Shown: piece after piece, positions 33,017 to 39,214 of the stretch
How positions within the stretch are numbered: the first letter of the stretch is position 1
Layout of the letters: the number at the start of each line of letters is the position of its first letter
DNA from: a virus
Strand: one strand, 5' to 3'
IMG/VR virus record: IMGVR_UViG_3300045988_075215
Length of the DNA stretch: 39,214 nucleotides
The notes under the pieces: model-generated
Databases searched by the model: none
Seen by the model: the letters and a program-made list of their open reading frames with translations, nothing else
Told to the model about the DNA's origin: nothing
Made by a program: the position numbers and the translations under genes

Positions 33017-33346
33017 CTACCAACACGGCCTCACAATGTATGGATCCGGTTCTTCCTCTGAAGGATCTGCATACGCAATCTGCACATCCATTCCCAGGCG
33101 TACCGCCTCAACGATCTCATGCACCTCCGTGATGGTTCTGTAGTTCTCGGCAATGGCATCCATCACCTCATCTGCAATCTCCCTGGATGCCTCAATGCCC
33201 CTCTTTCCAGGGATCCTCTTCTGTACTGCTGCCAGGATAGTATCTCTCACCGCATTGATCTCCTGCATCCTCTGGCATGGTTCCTGCCGGTATCCGTCCA
33301 GGTATTCTCTTTTGGCCGCCGTATCATGGCACTGCTGCTCCGTCAT
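33017..33346 (-). CDS. Hypothetical protein
   Basis: 109-aa ORF in the operon. Confidence 0.45.
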   Translation of the reverse strand: MTEQQCHDTAAKREYLDGYRQEPCQRMQEINAVRDTILAAVQKRIPGKRGIEASREIADEVMDAIAENYRTITEVHEIVEAVRLGMDVQIAYADPSEEEPDPYIVRPCW

Positions 33347-33783
33347 TTCTTCTCCATCTCCTTCCTGATCTCAATCTGCATCACATTCTGAAATTCATGG
33401 TGCCCGCTGTGAAATGAATATGAATGCTTTCCCAGGGCTTCCAACATCTGCTGCCAGAGCTCCGCATTCTTCACCGGCTTTCCTTTGGCGTTGTGCCAGT
33501 CATTTTTCTGCCACTGTATATGCCAGAAGTTCCCCACCGTGTTCAAAATATGCTCACATTGAGTAAATACCCGGATTGAGCACTCTTTTGTGAGTATCTT
33601 TGCAGCCGCCGTGATGGCCATGAGAGATGCCTGGTTCTCTGTACCATCATCCAGATGGATCATTCCCTGCCTGGTGATGGACTCTCCGGCCCTTTTGTAC
33701 TCCACAAGCCACATGGCAACGCCTTTTCTCCTGGCCGGGCCCTTCCAGGTGGTCTCCACATAGATATTCACATCAAATTTCAT
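33343..33783 (-). CDS. RNase H-like protein with a non-canonical active site
   Basis: By eye it aligns to E. coli RNase HI (LMAI…, GKPVKNAELWQQ). The positions of D10, E48 and D70 read E10, S53 and Q75. Confidence 0.6.
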   Translation of the reverse strand: MKFDVNIYVETTWKGPARRKGVAMWLVEYKRAGESITRQGMIHLDDGTENQASLMAITAAAKILTKECSIRVFTQCEHILNTVGNFWHIQWQKNDWHNAKGKPVKNAELWQQMLEALGKHSYSFHSGHHEFQNVMQIEIRKEMEKK

Positions 33784-34556
33784 CCTGAATCACCTCCCGG
33801 CTCCACTTTCCTCATGATGTAATGCTGATATGGGTATCCAGTCACCGGGTTGATGCCGTTCACAATGGAATCCTTGATGATGTACCATCCTTTTTCCGGC
33901 TTTGGTTCTCTCTGCCATCTGTTTCTGTGGATCTTCTCCCGCTGAGGCTCCGGTACAATCAAATTTCTGCTCCTGGAATATGTGCAACCATCCTGCTCCT
34001 CTTTGGTCTCTTTCTTCACTATGTACTCAGCCAGGTTCTCAAACTCTCCATCCTCATACAGCGGGATGAATGCCTTTGATCCGTATTTCCAGTATTTCTG
34101 CACCATCTTTGTGGTGTTCAGTCCTGGCTCTGATATATCCTCAATGATCAGATGGTGGTGGCAGGCTCCCTGCTTGCCCCTCTCTGTCACATATATGTAT
34201 TTGAATTGCCTCCCGGCTTTCTTATAAGCTCCTCTCATATCTGCAAGGAATTTCTGGATCTGTTTCTTTGCCTCCCGGAAGCTCTCCGGCCTCAGGTCTT
34301 TCTTGTACTTCAGGATCAGGTGCCAATCACCCTCCTTGAAGTTGGCCAGGATCAACCTCTGCACTTTCTTCTCCCGGTTGGTCTTATTCTGCCTCTCTAT
34401 GTCCTCAGGCGTTCTCTTTCTCTTTGGCCCTCTCTTCACCCCCGGTGCTCCATAGTTACCCGGATAGTATTTGGCCACTTCCTTCAGCCACCCAAGGTCA
34501 TATACTCTTTTTATATACAAATTGCATATCACCCCTAACTTTAATATCCTTATCAA
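33780..34556 (-). CDS. HUH-type rolling-circle replication initiator (Rep)
   Basis: It has an HUH motif (GACHHHLII) preceded by FKYIYVTERG, and a candidate catalytic Tyr in LAEYIVKKE. The start is non-ATG: TTG 34556, GTG 34532 or TTG 34520. TTG 34520 is preceded by AGGGGTGA. Confidence 0.6.
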   Translation of the reverse strand: MIRILKLGVICNLYIKRVYDLGWLKEVAKYYPGNYGAPGVKRGPKRKRTPEDIERQNKTNREKKVQRLILANFKEGDWHLILKYKKDLRPESFREAKKQIQKFLADMRGAYKKAGRQFKYIYVTERGKQGACHHHLIIEDISEPGLNTTKMVQKYWKYGSKAFIPLYEDGEFENLAEYIVKKETKEEQDGCTYSRSRNLIVPEPQREKIHRNRWQREPKPEKGWYIIKDSIVNGINPVTGYPYQHYIMRKVEPGGDSG

Positions 34557-34668
34557 GCGGTTAAAAAGGGCTTAAAACCCTTGTTTTTCGCCGTTTTCGG
34601 TTGACTTTAAGCCCTCAAAGTGATATACTATTTATACGGTTTAGTATGTCCTTGTTTTTGAGGACTTT

Positions 34669-34703
34669 GGAGGCAGATTGCTCAGATCTGCCTCCATTTT
34701 TTT
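34669..34703 (+). other. 10-bp perfect hairpin plus T7 tract upstream of rep (terminator-like or candidate origin hairpin)
   Basis: Sequence ggaggcagat-tgctcag-atctgcctcc followed by attttttt. It sits between the small ORF stop at 34723 and the rep start. Confidence 0.5.
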
Positions 34704-34722
34704 GCCCTTCTCATAGATCCTC

Positions 34723-34869
34723 CTACCCGGCTTTTGCAGCTCGCTCTCTGTCGGCCGCCTGCTTCTCGCCGCTCTCAACCCTTCTCTTTGCTACCTTGAT
34801 GCAGGCCCTTGTGAACCGCTCCCGGTATCCATCTGAGAGGGTGATCTGAACCTTCACCTCTTTCTTCAT
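34723..34869 (-). CDS. 48-aa basic protein (absent from the ORF track)
   Basis: My translation is MKKEVKVQITLSDGYRERFTRACIKVAKRRVESGEKQAADRERAAKAG*. It has an ATGA overlap with the upstream ORF. Confidence 0.4.
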   Translation of the reverse strand: MKKEVKVQITLSDGYRERFTRACIKVAKRRVESGEKQAADRERAAKAG

Positions 34870-35030
34870 ACAGCGGCCACCTCCGGCTTGTTATCCTTCG
34901 CAATCTGGATCCCAATGATGATGCTCTTCACCTGCATCTTCTCGTTAGGATCCAGTTTGGAGTACAGTGCTGCAAATTCCTTTGCATCCTCAATTTCCGT
35001 GTTTCTTACATTCTTTCTTTCCTTCAGCAT
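34866..35030 (-). CDS. 54-aa protein (absent from the ORF track)
   Basis: My translation is MLKERKNVRNTEIEDAKEFAALYSKLDPNEKMQVKSIIIGIQIAKDNKPEVAAV*. An AAGGAG sits 9 nt upstream. Confidence 0.4.
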   Translation of the reverse strand: MLKERKNVRNTEIEDAKEFAALYSKLDPNEKMQVKSIIIGIQIAKDNKPEVAAV

Positions 35031-35035
35031 ACTTC

Positions 35036-35578
35036 TCAGCTCCTTTCCTCTATCATGGGATTGAGTTTCTTATCCTGCATCCCATTCATCATCTGCTGCA
35101 TCCTTGCATACTGCTTCAGCTCTTCCTCTGTTGGATCATGCCCCTCCGGTATGTCCTCCGGTCTTAGGGAAAACAGATTGTGTTTTTGAATAAAGGCACT
35201 TAAAAACAGATCAAACTCTTCCTTGAACAGTTCTCTGTAAAAGTCATATTCCACTCTGAGTTGCAAGCCCTCTGCCTTTGTGCATTGTATTCCGTAGGTT
35301 GTCCGGCTTCCCTTCCCATAGCGGTATATGTAATTCTTTTCCCGGTACGCTTTTCCGAACATCTTATAGAAAAGCTGTCTGAGGAGTTTCTTTTCCCATT
35401 CGGAATGGTATTTGAAATCAAAATCAATGATTTTATCCTCATTCAGTTCCTCTTCCTCAATGCCATACTTCTTGATCAGTTCTTTCAGCTTCCGCTCTGC
35501 CGTCTCCCGCTCTCCGCCAACCCCACGCTCTGCCAGGGCTTGCAGTTTTTTCAGGAGTTCCTTCTTTTTGTCACTCAT
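35036..35578 (-). CDS. DUF2786-like protein
   Basis: The N-terminal KKELLKKLQALAERGVGGERETAERKLKELIKKYGI matches the DUF2786 helix pattern. The ATG start overlaps the upstream stop. Confidence 0.45.
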   Translation of the reverse strand: MSDKKKELLKKLQALAERGVGGERETAERKLKELIKKYGIEEEELNEDKIIDFDFKYHSEWEKKLLRQLFYKMFGKAYREKNYIYRYGKGSRTTYGIQCTKAEGLQLRVEYDFYRELFKEEFDLFLSAFIQKHNLFSLRPEDIPEGHDPTEEELKQYARMQQMMNGMQDKKLNPMIEERS

Positions 35579-35891
35579 TCGCCTCCATGCCCTCCCCTCT
35601 CCGGATCTCTTCAATTTCCTCCTTCACCTTATTCAGGGCCGCCATGGCTTCTCTGAGTTCCCGCTCTTTCTGCTCCATCATGGTTGCTCTCGGCTTCATA
35701 TCATTGATGAGGCACATTCCAAACTTCACATACAGTTCAGCAATTTGCCCTTTTCCATCTGTTGCGCTGATTGCGGGGTGAAAATTGTATACATATTCAA
35801 TCAGCTTGTACTCTGCATCCGTTGGCTCCGGTGCAGTTTTGCCTTCCGGCAATGCTTTAGCCACATGGGCCTCAAATTCTTCTCTTGTCAT
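35571..35891 (-). CDS. Hypothetical early protein
   Basis: 106-aa ORF in the operon. Confidence 0.45.
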   Translation of the reverse strand: MTREEFEAHVAKALPEGKTAPEPTDAEYKLIEYVYNFHPAISATDGKGQIAELYVKFGMCLINDMKPRATMMEQKERELREAMAALNKVKEEIEEIRRGEGMEANE

Positions 35892-35907
35892 TGCTTATCC
35901 CTCTTCT

Positions 35908-36075
35908 TTACTCTGAAATTTTCAGCACCATATCATTGATCACGATCATCTGAGCCTTGATTTTTTCCAGGGCTTCCGGTGTTCTTTTAGTTGATGCTGC
36001 ATAATTGTCAGCCAGTTTATAGGTTTCATATAGCTGATCTGCAAGAGCCTGGATGATTTTCTCTTTCTCTTCCAT
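35908..36075 (-). CDS. 55-aa first gene of the leftward early operon (absent from the ORF track)
   Basis: My translation is MEEKEKIIQALADQLYETYKLADNYAASTKRTPEALEKIKAQMIVINDMVLKISE*. It is preceded by a GGAGGTG RBS and sits where a Cro or antirepressor gene is normally found. Confidence 0.45.
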   Translation of the reverse strand: MEEKEKIIQALADQLYETYKLADNYAASTKRTPEALEKIKAQMIVINDMVLKISE

Positions 36076-36217
36076 TCTGCACCTCCTTTGTGTTATACGT
36101 TTATTTCATTGTGTTTATAGCATAACACATTGTGATTGTGTTGGCAATAGTTTTTTATATAAAATTATTGCGTTGTGTTAATTTTCGTGTTATAGTGTCC
36201 ATAAAGGAGGTGATACC
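36076..36217. promoter_or_regulatory. Divergent lysis-lysogeny switch region: two promoters plus repeated GTGTTAT operator half-sites
   Basis: Rightward promoter: TTGCGT (36168-73), 17 nt, then TGtTATAGT (36188-96). Leftward promoter: TTGCCA (complement of 36142-47), 17 nt, then TATGCT (complement of 36119-24). GTGTTAT-like sites occur at 36090, 36111, 36121 (inverted), 36175 and 36187. Confidence 0.6.
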
Positions 36218-36682
36218 GTGGAGATTTATGAAAGAATTAAGCTCATCAGAAGGGAGCTCGGCATGAATCAGGCTGATTTTGCTGTTCCGCTCGGTCTTAA
36301 ACAGTCAACCATAGGAAACTATGAGAGCGGATCCCGGAGTGTGAGTGATGCAACCATCCTTGCTATATGCAGAGAGTATGGTGTGAGAGAAGAGTGGCTC
36401 CGATCCGGAACCGGTGATATGTTCCAATCTGGCCAGGTTCCCGCCTCGGCACTTTCTGAGGTTGCCCAGGAGTACAACCTGGATGCCGTGGATGTGGCCC
36501 TGATAACGGAGTACATGAAACTGGATGCAAGGTACAGAAACGCTCTGAAGAATAAGATCCGTGAGATTTTTCTGGCGGATGAGGCTTCAGATCCAATTTC
36601 TGAAGCCCCTTCCACTCCTGAAGAGTTGGAAAAGAAATACCCACCCATCAATCCACATGAAGATCATGAGGATGTTGGATGA
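36218..36682 (+). CDS. XRE-family HTH repressor (CI-like)
   Basis: GTG start with AAGGAGG 7 nt upstream. HTH segment IRRELGMNQADFAVPLGLKQSTIGNYESGSR. Confidence 0.8.
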   Translation: MEIYERIKLIRRELGMNQADFAVPLGLKQSTIGNYESGSRSVSDATILAICREYGVREEWLRSGTGDMFQSGQVPASALSEVAQEYNLDAVDVALITEYMKLDARYRNALKNKIREIFLADEASDPISEAPSTPEELEKKYPPINPHEDHEDVG

Positions 36683-36896
36683 TCACAAAAGCAATATCAG
36701 CTTTGTTTTGGCTTGAAAAGCCAGATTGTAGTACATAGTTTTGTTTGCCCGGTAGTAAATGGCGTATACATCACCCCTATGGTATTTGATGTACTTTTTT
36801 CTCATATCATCACCCTTTCTTTGTGGTTTTGATACTATGTTTTTCCATTTTCTGCCGTTTGGGCAATCGAACTTGCATGAATAGGAGGATTTCTAT

Positions 36897-37424
36897 ATGG
36901 AATTTGTCAAGAAATACAAATCACTGTTGATTGCCTCTGCTGTTGGCCTCATTCTCAGCATTGCGGTTGCTTCTGATGAGAGCTCCGGCCTCAATGTGTT
37001 CCAGGCGTTTGTATCCGCTGAGGTTTTTATCCTCATTGTGTACTTCATCATTTCCAGTAAGAAAAAGAAGGCTGCTGCCGCTGCTGAGGCTCAGAGAGCT
37101 GCTCAGATTGCCGCCGCTGAGGCTGCTGCAAAGGAGCAGGCACGTTGGAATGCGTTATCTCCTGAGGAGCAGATGGTAGAGCTGAAGAAGCAGGAAATTG
37201 ATCAGAGTGCCGCAATGCACCAGGAAGCCATGAAGATGCAGCAATCTTCCATGGATATGCAGGCGGCATATTACAGTACCATCAAGAAGTGCCCAAAATG
37301 TGGATCTACTTCCATCAGCGGCAACCGCAAGGGTGAGACCTTTTTCACCGGCATCCTCTTCTCAAAAAAAGTGTATTGTACTTGTATGAATTGTGGGTAC
37401 AGATGGAAGGCCGGCAAGAAATAA
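36897..37424 (+). CDS. 2-TM membrane protein with an Ala-rich coiled coil and a C-terminal zinc ribbon (lysogeny-module moron)
   Basis: TM segments LLIASAVGLILSIAVA and VSAEVFILIVYFII. Zinc-ribbon motif CPKCGS…CTCMNCG. AGGAGG lies upstream. Confidence 0.6.
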   Translation: MEFVKKYKSLLIASAVGLILSIAVASDESSGLNVFQAFVSAEVFILIVYFIISSKKKKAAAAAEAQRAAQIAAAEAAAKEQARWNALSPEEQMVELKKQEIDQSAAMHQEAMKMQQSSMDMQAAYYSTIKKCPKCGSTSISGNRKGETFFTGILFSKKVYCTCMNCGYRWKAGKK

Positions 37425-37461
37425 AGAATGTTGTATGCCAGGCTTATGGTTCTATTTTAGA

Positions 37462-37493
37462 TAAAAGAAAAAGCCCCGGCTTTCACCGGGGGC
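37462..37493 (-). terminator. Terminator-like GC hairpin with its U-tract on the minus strand
   Basis: Hairpin gccccgg-ctttca-ccgggggc (37473-37493). Read on the minus strand it is followed by tttttctttt. Confidence 0.5.
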
Positions 37494-37566
37494 ATCCCAT
37501 GAGTTGTGCTCATGTAATCTCGCAAATTATAGTATAGCACTGCTCCGGGATATTTTGAAGTATTCC

Positions 37567-37587
37567 GGGCATTTTTATGCCCTTTTT
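37567..37587 (+). promoter_or_regulatory. Small hairpin plus T5 immediately upstream of the integrase RBS
   Basis: Sequence gggcat-tttt-atgccc followed by ttttt, then AGGAGG (37588-93). Confidence 0.4.
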
Positions 37588-37600
37588 AGGAGGTTTTGCT

Positions 37601-39187
37601 GTGCATTTTGGAATTTATGGAAGAAAATCATATTTTAAGGACACCTCAGACAGTACACAGATGCAGTTTTCTGAAGGTGATAAATATATAGCTGAACACT
37701 TTTCCCCGGATGAGATTGAATCCGTCACATACTATGAGGATGATGGTTGGATCCGTTCTGATATGGATAGGCCGGATCTGAACCGCCTGAAGGATGATAT
37801 ACTTGCAGGACTCATCAATGTGGTGGTTATTTATAAAATAGACCGTCTGTGCTGTGATATGGCCGACTTTGTACCGTTCTATGCCTTCCTGAAGGATCAT
37901 GGTGTTAAATTCATCACCATCAAAGATGGCATTGATACCACCACGCCTATTGGAGAGGCCATGATGTACCTGGCTGTTATCTTCTCCGGCCTGGAAGTGC
38001 AAACCGACTCCCTCCGGATCACCGATAACATGAACCACCTGGCAGCGGAGGGCTTCTGGTGTGGAGGCAAGCCGCCCATTGGTTATGATATTCAGGAGAT
38101 CTCCCTGGGTGCAAAATCTCATAAAACCCTTGTTTTCAATGAGGATGAAATCCGATATAAAAACACTCTCATTGATATTTTCCTGGAAAACCATTTCTCC
38201 CTTCAGGGTATGGAGACCTACTGCAAAAACCATGGGATCACCTCCCTCAAAGGAAGTTTCCTCTCCACCACTCAGCTCTATAGTATGTTTGGCTCTCCCA
38301 TGTGCGTGGCCAACACTCCTGCTATGTATGATTATTTTGCGGATAAAGGATGCCAGATGAGTGAGGGAAGCCCAAGGGATGCCTGGGATGGAAAGCATGG
38401 GATCATTGTGTATGGCCGCACTATGGAGAAGAAAGTGAGCGGCAAAAAGAAACACATCCAGGCTCCTCCTGAGAACTGGCGTGTGAGTATCGGATACCAT
38501 GAGCCCTATATGACTGATGAGCGTTTCTTTGCCATTCAGGCTCAGTTTGGGCACAACGTATTCAGCAAGCAGGCCAAGTATGATCTCCCGCTGCTCAAAG
38601 GTTCCCTCCGGTGCAAATGTGGCCGCCTTATGTCCATGAGCCGGAAAAAGAAAGCTGATGGCTCTATTTCCACCTGGTACTATTGTCCCCGCCGGATGCG
38701 GAGCGGCGTTGAGGCTTGTGATATGAGCCAAGTCAAATCAGATCTCCTGGATAATAGGGTGATCAGTATCTTCCAGGAGATTGAACATGATCCTGCTGCC
38801 CTGAAAAAGTATCTGAAAGAAGAAAAGAAACAGCCGCAGGATAACGCCGCCGCTCTCCGGGCCGCCATGGAGAAATGCCAGGCCAAAATAGGCAAGCTCA
38901 CCGCCACCCTGAGCCTCAACTCTGAATCTGCTGCTGCAAAGTATATTGTGAATGAAATTGAGAAATTGGATATTGAGTATAATTCACTCAGGAAAAGAAT
39001 GCTGAGTGCAAATGCCGTTGATCGGAAGAATGCTCTCAACATGAAGAATGCTATGGAAAAAAGAGAGGAGATCATCCGCCTCCTCAATGATTTTGACAAC
39101 TTCACACCTAATGAGCGGAATGAGATTGCCAAGGATGTGCTGAAGGAATGTGTGTGGGATGGGAATACGCTTTTTCTTACGCTTTAA
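37601..39187 (+). CDS. Large serine recombinase (integrase)
   Basis: GTG start 7 nt after AGGAGG. The resolvase-type N-terminus reads HFGIYGRKS…VVIYKIDRL…ITIKDGIDTTTPIGEAM. A recombinase domain, a Cys-rich zinc ribbon (CKCG…CPRR) and a coiled coil follow. The track start at 37577 lacks an RBS. Confidence 0.85.
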   Translation: MHFGIYGRKSYFKDTSDSTQMQFSEGDKYIAEHFSPDEIESVTYYEDDGWIRSDMDRPDLNRLKDDILAGLINVVVIYKIDRLCCDMADFVPFYAFLKDHGVKFITIKDGIDTTTPIGEAMMYLAVIFSGLEVQTDSLRITDNMNHLAAEGFWCGGKPPIGYDIQEISLGAKSHKTLVFNEDEIRYKNTLIDIFLENHFSLQGMETYCKNHGITSLKGSFLSTTQLYSMFGSPMCVANTPAMYDYFADKGCQMSEGSPRDAWDGKHGIIVYGRTMEKKVSGKKKHIQAPPENWRVSIGYHEPYMTDERFFAIQAQFGHNVFSKQAKYDLPLLKGSLRCKCGRLMSMSRKKKADGSISTWYYCPRRMRSGVEACDMSQVKSDLLDNRVISIFQEIEHDPAALKKYLKEEKKQPQDNAAALRAAMEKCQAKIGKLTATLSLNSESAAAKYIVNEIEKLDIEYNSLRKRMLSANAVDRKNALNMKNAMEKREEIIRLLNDFDNFTPNERNEIAKDVLKECVWDGNTLFLTL

Positions 39188-39214
39188 TTTTCCCTTTTTT
39201 ATTTTGATACCCTC
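39116..39214 (+). repeat. Terminal overlap, copy 2 (identical to 1-99)
   Basis: Read directly. Confidence 0.95.

Larger units (their letters stand above)
1..39214. mobile_element. Complete temperate phage/prophage genome (siphovirus-like), circular assembly with unit length 39115 bp
   Basis: All modules are present: lysogeny, early/replication, packaging, head, tail and lysis. The first 99 nt are identical to the last 99 nt. Confidence 0.9.

Noticed and set aside
36683-36805. 40-aa minus-strand ORF (MRKKYIKYHRGDVYAIYYRANKTMYYNLAFQAKTKLILLL) between the repressor and the membrane protein gene
   Set aside because: It has only a weak RBS and is convergent with the repressor. It has no recognisable features and cannot be supported from sequence alone.
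37646-38731. 361-aa minus-strand ORF antisense to the integrase
   Set aside because: It has no RBS or motif. The plus-strand frame shows unmistakable serine-recombinase motifs.
37601-39187. Possible catalytic defect in the integrase (KIDRLCCDM where many serine recombinases have DRLSR/DRLGR)
   Set aside because: The nucleophile context (YGRKS) and the DRL Arg are present. Variation at the second Arg position cannot be judged without a proper alignment, so no defect is claimed.

Overview
The window is a complete temperate siphovirus-like phage or prophage genome of about 39.1 kb, with Firmicutes/Clostridia-style GGAGG ribosome-binding sites. It was assembled as a circle: nt 1-99 are identical to nt 39116-39214, and this overlap splits the integrase gene. 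Almost all genes are on the minus strand. Read in the direction of transcription (right to left), the modules are: (1) an early operon from about 36075 to 23681, with small ORFs, a DUF2786-like protein, an HUH rolling-circle Rep, an RNase H-like protein, a Dam methylase, a radical-SAM-like protein, an HNH endonuclease, a SleB-like hydrolase, a MazG/HD/HAD trio, SSB and a late regulator; (2) packaging and head genes from 23542 to 15876, with TerS, TerL, portal, a MuF protein carrying a toxin-like C-terminus, a DUF2829/Tad2-like gene, scaffold and major capsid; (3) head-tail and tail genes from 15860 to 5478, with the G/G-T chaperones and a -1 frameshift site, the tape measure and tail-tip proteins; (4) a lysis cassette from 2921 to 163, with membrane proteins and an SH3b endolysin. 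The plus strand carries only the lysogeny module: an XRE repressor, a membrane/zinc-ribbon moron and a large serine integrase. The main finding is a complete diversity-generating retroelement (DGR) in the tail-fibre region. It runs target gene with VR1 (5493-5616), avd (5004-5414), TR (4849-4972) and reverse transcriptase (3335-4627). A second VR (29326-29449) lies 24 kb away, at the 3' end of a stand-alone 208-aa paralogue inside the early operon. In my hand alignment, 25 of 27 TR/VR mismatches fall on TR adenines, 28 of the 32 TR adenines sit in 14 AAY Asn codons, and both VRs are followed at exactly 26 nt by an 8-bp GC hairpin that the TR lacks. Secondary points include a MuF-toxin/immunity-like pair beside a Tad2-like gene, an RNase H-like protein with substituted catalytic residues, and a radical-SAM-like protein one transition away from a canonical Cys motif. 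All homology statements come from recognising motifs by eye; no searches were run.
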